Below, one piece after another: positions 41,122-51,842 of a DNA stretch of 64,000 nt; within the stretch, counting starts at the first letter, position 1; the number at the start of each line of letters is the position of its first letter. The stretch lies in the NCBI GenBank assembly GCA_963799845.1, contig CAWCYI010000001.1:131842-195841 (forward strand). The letters are read 5' to 3'. The notes under the pieces are model-generated. The model was not told the DNA's origin. It did not search any database and saw only the letters and a program-made list of their open reading frames with translations. Position numbers and translations under genes: made by a program. Source of the DNA: an uncultured Nitrososphaerota archaeon. GTDB lineage: Archaea > Thermoproteota > Nitrososphaeria > Nitrososphaerales > CADDZS01.

Positions 41122-43495
41122 TCATCCTACATATTGAAAAATCTCGGAAATAAATTGAGACTTTCCTCGGCCAGATGTGAATAGATAGAGTTCCTTCTTG
41201 CTTCTGGTTAGAGCAACGTAAAACAGTCTCCTCTCCTCTTCAAGTTTGTCCTCCCCCTCCTCTTGTCTATTTCTTGCAATTTCGAGTAACTTTTCCGCTT
41301 TGATCTCAGAGGGAAATCCAAACTCTCCCTTGATACAACCTAGCAACAATACGTATTCTGCTTCCTTTCCCTTTGCTCTATGAATAGTCACAAAGTCCAG
41401 GTCAAGGTTCGGATGATTTGGAAACTCGAGAGCAAGCAAATCAAGCTGATCATTGTATCTGGAAAGAACCAGGATTCTCTCGCCAATACTTCTCTTCTGG
41501 AGTAAGCGCTCTATCAGATCCTTCGCGGCTTTTCAGCTCCCATTTGTCGTACTCCCTCGATGCCATATTTTCTGGCATTTCTTCTACAACAATTGGATAA
41601 GATAGCTTGGACTTCGAGGTGACGTCCTTCCTCATTTGAAATCTGTTCAATGAAATCACATGGTTGGAGGCCTCTACCACGTTCTTCGGGCACCTGTAAT
41701 TCGTTCCGATGAAACTTTTCTCGGGAAATGCGAAGTTTTTATCGAAATGTAAAATGTTGTAAACATTTGATCCAGCGAATGAGAAGATGTTCTGCCAGTC
41801 ATCACCCACACAGAAGAGGTGAGAGTCCTCCCCGCCCACGATACATTTGATCAGCTCAAGTTGAGTGTCTGTAATATCCTGAAACTCGTCTATCAGGACA
41901 TGAGTGTACTTGCGTTCCAAATCCTTCCTGTGCTTCCTCGCAACCTCAAGTGCGAGACCTATCATGTCGTTAAAGTCAATCATGTTGTTTGATTTCAACC
42001 GCGATTCGTACTCCTGCCAGACAGGAACGACGAAAGAGAGAAACGCCTTCTGTCTTCTGTTCAATTTCCTTGTTTCTGCCTTTTGACGAATCTCTCCGAT
42101 TCCAAGACCGTTTGACTTCGCAGTACTAATGAACGAAAATGTGAGGATTTCAAGCGGATCATTTCTTGGAAGAAGGTTGTACACGTTACTTACCACTTCA
42201 TTCGTAGAAAGCTCGGTTAAGACGACTCCGTGCTCTTCGAGCGTCTTTTTCAAATCATGAATCAGCGTTCCCTCGGTCCATTCATAATGGAAGGTCTCAA
42301 TGAGTGTGTGTTTATGCTTCGCAAACTGCCCTCGTGACCACTCCATACGCTTCTGGTAGCGTTCTGAAGGATCTTCAGACTTGTCGACCTCGCCGTATGC
42401 GAACCATTCTGGTACCTTTTCCTGTCTGTCAACGCCACGGTGCTCAATCCAGATATCATACTTCGACAAGTGAAAATCAGGTCGATAGGTTCGATAATAG
42501 ATACTGCTATCTGCCCATGTAGCAGGATCCGCATGCTTGAATTGCACTTGATTTAGGAAGAGGAAATTTGCGATGTCACGTTCTGCAACGGAATCGACAC
42601 GTTCTGAAGTGAGAGTCGTATATCTTTGGTTCCTCAAGTACTCGCAGGACTTTTGCTTATCTGGAAAGCTATCTGCCTCTAAATCGTCGTTCGGATACTC
42701 TATTGCAAACTGAAGCATTGACAGAGCGAAATCGTGGTTGCTCGACAATTGTCTGAGAGACTTGCGAATGATTTCATGTTGATCATTGTCGCCAGCAACA
42801 TCGTTTCTGAAATTGGGAGAATCTTTTGCCAGTTCGCGCCCAAAAGAGTGAAACGTCCTAATGTTCAAAGCAGAAATTCCATATTTTTTAGAGAGACGCT
42901 CCTGCATTTCTCTTGCAGCCGTCCTTGTGTATGCTAGAGCGAGTATATTGTCCGGCGAAATTCCTCTTTCGACCAGGAACGCTAGCCGTGCAGTCAATAC
43001 GCTCGTCTTTCCAGAGCCAGCCGCAGCGACAACTAGGTTGTAAGCGTCGTCCTTCACCACAGGTTCAAGTTGTTGCTGCGGATCCAGCGAAGCTTTTGCA
43101 AAGAAATCGGCGTGTCTTGCTGTGATCAGCTTGACGTAATCCCTAACGTAGTATTCTAGAAAGGAATTCAGCGACTCGATCCGTTTTTTAGAAGAGAGGA
43201 CTGATTGCTTCTCTTTTTTTGAGAGAAGTGGACGAAAAATTAGAGCATGGCTGGTAGAGTCTGCCATGTATTTCAAAGATTTTTCAATATCTAATCTCAT
43301 CTTTCCTCTAAGGTATTTGTTGAAAGAGCGGTAGTCACTCAGCTCTTTGTCAAGTTGATCAAGTCGTCCAGCAATGTTCTTCACTGCTTTTGTAAGTCCT
43401 AGCCTGAATACAACAATTCCAACAAGAACGAAAATCGTGATAGAGAATGAAATAATAAGAACTGTTTCCGATGAACTCGAAAAGAGTGGGTTCAC
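41122..43495 (-). CDS. UvrD/helicase IV-like SF1 helicase with N-terminal TM and embedded PD-(D/E)xK-like nuclease (frameshifts ~41440-41520)
   Basis: AAAGSGKT, RTFHSF, DEFQD, VGDDWQ, TIHRAKGKE, EERRLFYVALTR; insert 'YRPDFHL...IWIEH'. Confidence 0.85.
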
Positions 43496-43618
43496 ACTTC
43501 AACACTGAATTCAGAAATCAAATTTGAAGTGAATTAGGTCTTCCTGGCAGCATGTCATGTCGCGATCGGCATCTAATCCGTGTTATCGAATTATTCTTTT
43601 CTTTAAAGAAGCAAATTC

Positions 43619-44395
43619 TCAGGCCTGTTCGATTGCTCGCATGGTCTCTTTGAACTCCTGTTTTGCGGTATCCGCGTCAGTTTCAGAATCGAGGAATTCT
43701 ACTATCGTCTTATAGGTGGCGTTAGGAGAATCCTGGAAAGATACGCCCGTTTGAGTTATCAACTTGATCCTGCTGCTGGGGAACTGCGTATTCGCCCTAA
43801 TTTTGGAAAGAGCTTCATCGGTAGGGATGTACAATCCCTTGCCCACTCTCTTTACCCAGCCCGCTCCGTAGAGATCTTCTGCTACAAACTGATCTAGAGA
43901 GAATTTGTGATAGTGTTGAGGTTTTCTTTCTTCAAGATAATACTTTACCAATCGAATAAGACCACGAGCCTCCCTTGAACCAAACGGCCAGACAGTTGGG
44001 CCGCGTTTAATATTCTTCTTCGCTAGCTTGGACGAATTCAGCTCCTCTAACAACGATGCGACCAATGCCGCTGCCTCTTGTGCATTGGTTTCTTTTTGGA
44101 ACATAACTGTAAGCCTCCCTTCATTATCTAATCCCCTACTTTTTACATGGAATAGAATTTGGTCGTCTACTTTCAACTTGAGTGCAAGGAATCTATCGTC
44201 GCCTATTTGCAAGGTGCACTCCATGGATTCGTCCTTGACAGATAGCTCGCGATATTTCCATTTGCTCACCTGACCAATTCTTGCCTCACCAATTTTCATT
44301 ATCGTTGCGCAGACTATTCCCTGCTTCTCTTTTTCGATAAGATTGGCAAGACTGGACAAGACAGTTGAAATTTTGCCCGATTCCATGATTGGCAA
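43619..44395 (-). CDS. Hypothetical protein with a probable N-terminal SSB/RPA-like OB fold
   Basis: 'ATIMKIGEAR...WKYRELSVKDES..CTLQI...LKVDDQI' pattern; C-terminus possibly wHTH ('GWVKRVGKGLYIPT'). Confidence 0.5.
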   Translation of the reverse strand: MPIMESGKISTVLSSLANLIEKEKQGIVCATIMKIGEARIGQVSKWKYRELSVKDESMECTLQIGDDRFLALKLKVDDQILFHVKSRGLDNEGRLTVMFQKETNAQEAAALVASLLEELNSSKLAKKNIKRGPTVWPFGSREARGLIRLVKYYLEERKPQHYHKFSLDQFVAEDLYGAGWVKRVGKGLYIPTDEALSKIRANTQFPSSRIKLITQTGVSFQDSPNATYKTIVEFLDSETDADTAKQEFKETMRAIEQA

Positions 44396-44558
44396 AAATA
44401 GACCGCTTACTAGCTCGTATTTATCATTGCTATCGCTTCCATAGAATATTTCATATCGTTATCCTTGCTCCCTCCGGGCTGTCCACCTGAATACTCGGGA
44501 GAACCATGAACATCTACCTTTTGAAGGTACGAGCTCCAATTCATCTCGCCATCGCAAA

Positions 44559-46940
44559 TTGACTGCCATTGAAAATGCCCCTGCATTTTTGAAAGAGTTT
44601 CTGGAGTTCAAAGGAATCACGAAACTCGCGCCACCACAGGAGCAGGCAATAGATCTTTTGATGGCAGAGGGCGGAGAATCAAGTTTGGTAGTGGCTTCTC
44701 CGACCAACTCTGGTAAGACCTTGATTGGAGAATTCGGGATCATCGACACGGCGCTAAACGAACATAAGAAGGCTGCTTACCTTGTCCCGCTCAAATCTTT
44801 GGCTCGTGAGAAGTACGCTGAGCTGCAGAAATACGAAGAGAAGTACGGGTTCCGCGCAACAGTTCGAGACAGCGACTTTGAAAAAGAGGAACGAGACATT
44901 TCTGAATATGACCTGATTGTTTCGACTTACGAGAAATTCGATTCGATGACGAGAAAGTCGCCTGAATGGATTGAAGACGTTGGAATAGTTGTTGTTGACG
45001 AAGCCCACATGCTCACGGATTCAACCAGAGGAGCTGCCCTTGAGGCCATGCTCACCCGTCTCAAGATTCGGTATCCCCGGATTAGGCTCTTGTTGCTGAG
45101 CGCGGTGATGCCTAACGTAGAGGATTTTGCCAAGTGGCTCGATGCCAAAGCAATCAAGAACACTACTTGGCGTGCAGTGGAGTTAAAGAAGGGCGTATTC
45201 TCATGGGGGACACCTGTATTGCATCTCTGCGGGTCAGATGCTTCGAAACGGCTGACAGAGAAATGCAGAGCTGCCGGCTGTGGTCGACACATTGCTGGTT
45301 CAATTACATTCACTGACGGGAAAACTAGGAAAGTAACCACGCCGGGGGTTGCCGCGGAGATTTCTGCGCTGGCTGTTGACATTGTGAGAGATGGAGGACA
45401 GGCGCTCGTATTTGCTAGGGGGAGGGCCGAGGCCGAAAAACAGGCAACAGCGATCGGAAACATCATCTCGAATCTTGTCTTGACCAGCGAGCAGAAATCC
45501 GAACTGTCAGAATACGTGAAAACAAAGCAAGCTGAGCTTGGCGAGGATTCGGAGATTTCTTCTGACGAGGATACCCAGAAACTCCTCGGCCTAATTTCAA
45601 ATGGTGTCGCCTATCATCATGCGGGAATAGACGCTGAGCTCAAGAGGATTGTCGAAGAGGCGTACAGAAGATTGTTGATCAAGGTGATAGTTGCGACTCC
45701 GACGCTTTCGGCAGGGGTGAATCTTCCTGCTCGGCGTGTAATTATCCAAAGCATCTATCGTTGGTCGAAAGAAGGAGGATCGGAGAGAATACCTCGTTGG
45801 GAGATTGAAAACCAGTGCGGGAGGGCGGGCCGCTGGAATTACGACCCGTATGGCGAGGCAGTGCTAGTCGCCGATAAAGTCAAGCATCAAAAAAAGAAAA
45901 ACGTCAAGATCACGAATGGCTCGACTCGTGCTGAACAAGGACCGAAAACAGATGGAGAGGAACAAGAAGACGACGAAACCGCGGAATTAATGCGCTATCT
46001 GCTGAGTCCGATAGAGAACATAGAGTCTAGGCTCGTAACTCCCGCGGCGATTACTGCTCACATGCTGGCAGAAATTACTTATGGGAAAATAGCGCCTAAG
46101 AAGTACATTATCGAATTCTTCAATCAGACTTTCGGGATTAGCTCGGGTCAGGTAGAAAAGAAGACGGCTGATCGCGTCATAGAATATTCATTCAAATTCT
46201 TGGTAGAGAATAAGCTGATTGTCGAGGACTCACAGAATCCTGGGTCATTTAGGGCAACGGCACTTGGGCAAAAGATCAACGCGATGTATATCAATCCTCA
46301 ATCTGTACCGAATATCATGGCTGCACTGGCGGAGGCACAGCGACGATTCTCTTTAGGCGAGGATAGGAAGGTCAGCGTCTTCAGTTGGCTTCACTTGATT
46401 GGAACAATGGTAGAGTTCCAACAAGAATTGTCTAGGATAAGGGGAGTGGAATTGGGCTCATCCGACACTGTGCTTCTGGGGCCCTCTGCACTCAACTCTG
46501 AGCATGGAACGGAAGTCGGGATCGTCTTGTATGATTTCATTGATGAGGTTCCTGCTGACGAAATCAAACACAGGTACAATGTCGGGAAAGGAGATGTTAA
46601 GAGAGCCCAGGACACAGCTGAATGGTTGCTTTCGGCCGTCTTGGGAGTTGCAAACGTCATGGGCTCAAAGGACAATGTAAAATCCTCAATTGTGCTGACG
46701 CTACGCCGGATTCAAAAGGGAGTAAAGGAAGAGCTACTCAGCTTGACTAGCCTCAGAGGGATCGGACCTGTTAAATCACGGAAGCTGTTCAATGGCGGCA
46801 TCAAAAACAGAAATGACTTCCTTTCTCCATCTAACTTTGCGAGATGCGTGAATCTGCTTAATGGAGAGAGGGCCTTCAAACGTGTTTTGGAGGAAAATGG
46901 AATAGATACTGCGCAGATTTCGATTGTACCAGGGGTTTAG
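44559..46940 (+). CDS. hel308: Hel308/Hjm (Ski2-like SF2) DNA helicase
   Basis: SPTNSGKT, DEAH, LSA, HHAG, ATPTLSAGVNLPA, GRAGR, C-terminal HhH (LRGIG). Confidence 0.88.
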   Translation: MTAIENAPAFLKEFLEFKGITKLAPPQEQAIDLLMAEGGESSLVVASPTNSGKTLIGEFGIIDTALNEHKKAAYLVPLKSLAREKYAELQKYEEKYGFRATVRDSDFEKEERDISEYDLIVSTYEKFDSMTRKSPEWIEDVGIVVVDEAHMLTDSTRGAALEAMLTRLKIRYPRIRLLLLSAVMPNVEDFAKWLDAKAIKNTTWRAVELKKGVFSWGTPVLHLCGSDASKRLTEKCRAAGCGRHIAGSITFTDGKTRKVTTPGVAAEISALAVDIVRDGGQALVFARGRAEAEKQATAIGNIISNLVLTSEQKSELSEYVKTKQAELGEDSEISSDEDTQKLLGLISNGVAYHHAGIDAELKRIVEEAYRRLLIKVIVATPTLSAGVNLPARRVIIQSIYRWSKEGGSERIPRWEIENQCGRAGRWNYDPYGEAVLVADKVKHQKKKNVKITNGSTRAEQGPKTDGEEQEDDETAELMRYLLSPIENIESRLVTPAAITAHMLAEITYGKIAPKKYIIEFFNQTFGISSGQVEKKTADRVIEYSFKFLVENKLIVEDSQNPGSFRATALGQKINAMYINPQSVPNIMAALAEAQRRFSLGEDRKVSVFSWLHLIGTMVEFQQELSRIRGVELGSSDTVLLGPSALNSEHGTEVGIVLYDFIDEVPADEIKHRYNVGKGDVKRAQDTAEWLLSAVLGVANVMGSKDNVKSSIVLTLRRIQKGVKEELLSLTSLRGIGPVKSRKLFNGGIKNRNDFLSPSNFARCVNLLNGERAFKRVLEENGIDTAQISIVPGV

Positions 46941-47712
46941 TGTACGCCGAGTGTAGTTCAGATTTCCCGCTTGTAACGAATCCGAAAATCAGGGATGTAG
47001 CAATCCCGGTGAAGAAACAGAAAAGGTGGACTCCGCCAGCTACTTTGACCCCTTGAATAGACAAAGTAAAGAAATCAACTGGATCAATGACCGCGACAAT
47101 GGGAATGACAATGACAATCGCAAGCCCGAGGACAAGGGGAAGGAAATTTTGGAACGATCTCAGAAATGACCTAAGAAAATGCATTCCTTTCTTATGCAAC
47201 ATTACTGCATTCAAGAATGCGAAACCGTAAGTTAGGCCCTCCAATCCATAGAGTGCTCCAGAAGGACCAGCGGTTTGCTTGTACCAAAACAGCCCAGCAA
47301 CATTTCCCGCAAAAGCGAGCAGAAAAACCATTGCGACGCAAAAGATGAATCTGAGAGTCCTTACCTTCGCTTCAAGATTGAAGTTAGTCAAAGCGAAGAA
47401 TGAATAGAAAGCGGTCAGAGAACCCGCTGTCAGGAAGAACCAGGAGTTCCATGATATCTTGCCCAACAGAACCGGCGTGTCGGGTACAAAGATCGCGGTG
47501 AATACGCCCACGGGAAAGGTGTTCCACGTATTCATCCAACGGAAAACCGAATTAGGATCTCTCAGGAAGCTCGAGAAGACAAGCTCATTTCCGATGATTA
47601 TTCCCAAGATCGGAAGAAATCCGAGCAGCGCGGTACCGACTGCTAGCATTGCTAGGCCGAGTTGTGTGTTCTTTTTTGGCGGGGCAGCAGGAACCTTCTG
47701 CATCGTCGCCAC
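46876..47712 (-). CDS. Rhomboid-like intramembrane serine protease
   Basis: Multi-TM protein with TAGPSGALYG (GxSG) and downstream GGVHL His. Confidence 0.6.
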   Translation of the reverse strand: MATMQKVPAAPPKKNTQLGLAMLAVGTALLGFLPILGIIIGNELVFSSFLRDPNSVFRWMNTWNTFPVGVFTAIFVPDTPVLLGKISWNSWFFLTAGSLTAFYSFFALTNFNLEAKVRTLRFIFCVAMVFLLAFAGNVAGLFWYKQTAGPSGALYGLEGLTYGFAFLNAVMLHKKGMHFLRSFLRSFQNFLPLVLGLAIVIVIPIVAVIDPVDFFTLSIQGVKVAGGVHLFCFFTGIATSLIFGFVTSGKSELHSAYTKPLVQSKSAQYLFHFPPKHV

Positions 47713-47916
47713 TTAGTAATTATTTGTCGTTACTTTAAGATTCGTATCACCGTATATTTCTAGGATTTTCCTTGAACCTATCGCCCGCATTCCCATTCGG
47801 TTGAAGAGTATTTTCAGTTTCCAACACGAACGGTATTTTCAAAATTATTGCTAACACAGAATGTGATGACGACTTCTCCAGCGTGAAAAAAGCGATCGTC
47901 AAGGTTGGTCTGCGAT

Positions 47917-50511
47917 CTATCTTGTCAAGAGTTCTACCTTTGATATTCCTCCTTCCTTTGTGACCTTGCAAATGTTGTCAACGCAGCTCTCTAATTCATG
48001 CTCGTGAGAGACCATAATTACTTGAACTGCCTTCAACCGATCTAGGTACCTTGTCTCAATTTGATCAACTGTTCGCTACTAAATCCGTCTGTCGGCTCAT
48101 CTAGGATGAGTAAATCACTTTGCAGATTCGCCGTTTTTTTCACGAGCACGTTCAAGGCCAGCCTGTATGCAAGCGCAACAGAAGTTTTTTCTCCACCGCT
48201 GAGACTATCCACATCCAACTGGTACCCGTTCTGAGTAATTACTGGCGAGAACGTCTCGTCTACTTCTACCGAGATGTCACCGGTTTCAATCAAGATGTTG
48301 AACCACTCCTGGAAAACTTGATTGAATTCATCGTTGATGGTTGACAAGACCTGATTCTCTATATCGCTGACTGCTGGACTGAAGCATTTATCCAGCCATA
48401 GTTGCGTTTGGTAGAATACCTGCTTTCGTCTAATTAGATTCTCTAGTTTTCGGATTTCGACCTTTAGTTCCTGGATTCTTGTGTTGTTCGCCTCGAGTGA
48501 AGCATTCTTACCTGTAAGATCCTCCCTCAGCCTGCCTCGCTCATCTTTCATTTTTTCGATCCGTTCCTCCAGAGATTCGATCTCTTCGAGAACACCCTTA
48601 TTCTCATCGTACTGGAGACGCTTTGCCTCAAGTTCGATTGTAGATTTTCGTATTGTTTCGTCCAGCTCTGTTATCTCATCTTTCTCCTTCTCAATATCGG
48701 CTTCAATTCTTGGTCTCTGTTTTGACTGCTCAACGCTCCTAATGTAGATCGTGTGATTTCCTGATTTCTCGTACTCTCTAACCGCTGATCTGAGTCCATC
48801 ATAGCGGCCCTTCGTCCCCGAGAGACTGTCGAGATCTGCCAGGATCGAAGTTCAGCTGTTTTCTTTCTTCGAGACAAAAGGCTTCATTCTCCAGCACATC
48901 GGACTTTTCCTTCAAATCTTCTTCTTTCTTTGCGAGTTTGACAATTTCTTGTTCAATGGTCTCTTTCTTCGATTCTAGTGTAGCGACTTTTCTCCGGACG
49001 CCCGTGAGTTTCTCTTGATCGTTTTCCTTTCCCGAGACTTCCTTTTCAAGTTCCTCAAACTGTTTACTTGTTTCACCAAACTTTCAGCTCCAGCTTTCCA
49101 ATTGTTTCTTTCAGAGAGGATTCTGTCCCATGAAATTCAGTTTCGAGTTTGGAAATGTGCTCCTCGCTGAGCTTCTGTTTGCACTTGGGGCATTGCGCAC
49201 CCACGCCAATCTTGAGGATCTGCTTGATCTCTTCGGTGGCTTCTCGAAGTTTCTCTTGCCTGTTACCGGTGTCTGCTCTTATTTTTGACAATTCATCGGA
49301 AATGATCTGTTTCGTCTTTCGGAGTCCGGGCAGCTCTTTCACCGAATCTTCCAATTCAGCGACCTCTAAGTACAAGGTGGGCAAGACCGACAGCGGTTTA
49401 TTCTGATTTCCAATGCTGGTTCGGGTTTCATCGATTGATTCCTTCAAAGTGCTGATCTTCGTTTCAAGTGAATTTCTTTCACGCTCTATTGCGCCTTCAA
49501 ACTTCAACTTCTTCGAATCAAGATCATCATACCGATCAACGTCTTCCTCAAGAGACTCAAGTTCTTGCTTCTGCAAAACGTATTCGTCATATCCACTCTT
49601 ATGTTTCCGGATTGTGTCCTCCGCTTGATCTATTCCTTTCATCTCGTCGTTGAGCCTGCCTAACTTTTGTTTCTCTTGTTGTAGAGTTTGTTTTTTCTCT
49701 TTCAGAGTCCCATCAAGAATGGGTAGTGTTTCCCGCAAACCAATCACTTGAATTTTCTTCTCATTCAGCTCGTCACGCTGGCGCTGTAACGGTTCGAGTT
49801 CAATGTCGATTTTCCCAATGTGACTGCGTAGCGAATCGATCGTTGTCAGAAGATCTTTATGAGAGACCTGTTCCTTTTCCAAAGACGAATTCGTTTCTGG
49901 CAGGCCTTCGGTCATTTTTTCCGCAAGGTGAATCTCCTGTACTGTCCAGACTATTTGCCACCTCTGAGTTCCTTTTGGCTATCGAATACTCCTCTATTCC
50001 AAACGCTCTTCTTAATGTGTCAAGTCTTCTTTCGCGATCTTCCCGATCATTCCGGAGAACTTGTTTCATCATTTCTTGCGGCGTGAAAATTGCAAATCGA
50101 TAAATTAGGGAGGTAGTCTTTGCGTGGGGTCTTTCGTTGATTCCGATTAACTCAAGAATTCTGGGCTTCATCTCATTTACCGAATAGTCAGTCTTGGTGT
50201 TATGCTCGACAATGTATCCATCGTCCTGCGTTACGGTCTTCTTTCCTCTAACAAGCGAACGATAGACTTCAAAGCTCTTGCCGTTTGAAGTAAACTCCAG
50301 TAGTACCGATCCCTTCTTGCACCCCGATCTAAGAAGGTACTTTCCATCTACATCTCCCAGTCCGAAGAGTGCAAATTCTATTGCACTCAGAATAGTGGAT
50401 TTGCCGCTTCCGATGTCCCCTTCGAATAGCGTGCTTCCCAGGGGAATCTCGATCGTTGGATGATCCTTATAGACTTCGAATATTCTCTAATTTGATTCGA
50501 TTAAGAAGCAC
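47917..50511 (-). CDS. rad50: Rad50 ATPase, broken by several apparent indel errors
   Basis: LENIRS, GDIGSGKS, coiled coil, CPKC zinc hook, LSGGEK, LDEPTDG, VSHE. Confidence 0.9.
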
Positions 50512-51842
50512 GTATCTGGTTTCGCCTCCTTGTCGAAATCGAGGATGGTTTTCGCTTCAGCTAGAATCCGCTGATTGAAACCTTGATTTGTTTCGTTTTC
50601 TAGTTTTTCTGCTTTGAGCCGACCGAGCAAATCTCGAGCGGTTTTCTCCCCGTTTTCCAAAACAAATTTGGACTCGATGAGTGACTTGGTCTCCTTGTCG
50701 GTAATCGAGGAATCAATTTTGAAAGTGTCAATTCGCTGTTTGAATGCTTTCTTTTCGATCTCTTCCCTGCTCTCGCCAAGGATCTTGGACATTCTTCTTG
50801 CCTCTTCGCTCGTGAGTGCGTTCCTATTGATGAAGGTGAGAAAGGCACCTCTCTTTGATAGCTCCTCTTCGATGGCGGCGAAATTGATGTCAGAACGTCT
50901 GCCAGAACTGAGCGAACCCCTTACCTTGATCAGGACAACCTTGTCTTCGGCGTCAATCTTTTCTATTTCTGTCAAGATTTTACCTTCCACCTGTTTAGCG
51001 GTTTTCTGATCTGCTTCGATTGTCTTGAGAACAATGCTCACCACTTTTATCTCGACAAACGTATGTCGGGTAATGCTGTCGCCGTCGAAGTCGATGATGT
51101 AGAATCCTCTCTTCTCCCCATCCGCGGTGTCCTCGAGGTCCGTAAAAGTGGCGCCAAACAGCGGACCGGGATAAATGATCAACCCATGATTATCCTTCAA
51201 AACATGTTCCACTCGACGGTGCAGATGTCCCCCTCCGTAATAGTCAAAATCCTTGGGGAAGGAAGAAAGCGGCACTCCCTCTCCAAACGAGACATCACGT
51301 GGCGCAAGCTCCGCAATGGGTGTGTGAAACAGGAAGATCTTGAATCCTTCTTCTCGCTCAAGATGAGGGAGGTCCAGCATCTCGTAGTATTTTGTGTCCA
51401 GAGTATTGGTTCTGCCAGAGAGCCCGACGATTTTTGCCCCGGTTCTTTCGTCTTGGAAAAAACCCAGACGTATCTTGCCATCGACCATCTCGATTTCTGT
51501 CGGTTTGATAAAGAGCCCAGCGCTGTGTAGAATGTCGATCATGGAGACTGCGTTCGGTGTAAAGTCGTGAGATCCATAAACCAAGTAGATCTGAATTCCG
51601 ACATTTCTGGCTTCCCTGAGTATTTCCACCGCCCTCTTCACGGGAGCAAGGTCAGGAACATTTACGTCGAAAAAGTCGCCTGTGATTACAATGAAATCGA
51701 CCTTTTCCTTGACACATATGGAAACTGCCTCTTCGAATGCTTTCAGATTCAGGTCTTTTAGCTTGGAATTTCTCCACGCTCCAAGATGGCAATCGGTGAT
51801 GTGAGCGAACCTATGTGCCGCTTGTTTCGGAAGGTTAGGCAA
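50487..51842 (-). CDS. mre11: Mre11 nuclease
   Basis: DCHLG, GDFFD, GSHD, FH, GHLH, YPG phosphoesterase motifs; likely TTG start overlapping the herA stop. Confidence 0.92.
   Translation of the reverse strand: MPNLPKQAAHRFAHITDCHLGAWRNSKLKDLNLKAFEEAVSICVKEKVDFIVITGDFFDVNVPDLAPVKRAVEILREARNVGIQIYLVYGSHDFTPNAVSMIDILHSAGLFIKPTEIEMVDGKIRLGFFQDERTGAKIVGLSGRTNTLDTKYYEMLDLPHLEREEGFKIFLFHTPIAELAPRDVSFGEGVPLSSFPKDFDYYGGGHLHRRVEHVLKDNHGLIIYPGPLFGATFTDLEDTADGEKRGFYIIDFDGDSITRHTFVEIKVVSIVLKTIEADQKTAKQVEGKILTEIEKIDAEDKVVLIKVRGSLSSGRRSDINFAAIEEELSKRGAFLTFINRNALTSEEARRMSKILGESREEIEKKAFKQRIDTFKIDSSITDKETKSLIESKFVLENGEKTARDLLGRLKAEKLENETNQGFNQRILAEAKTILDFDKEAKPDTCFLIESN

Larger units (their letters stand above)
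40584..41127 (+). repeat. ~540 bp direct repeat, copy 2
   Basis: Matches 16600-17141. Confidence 0.95.

Noticed and set aside
44559-46940. Hachiman HamB-type defence helicase
   Set aside because: Domain layout is Hel308-like and no HamA-like neighbour is visible.
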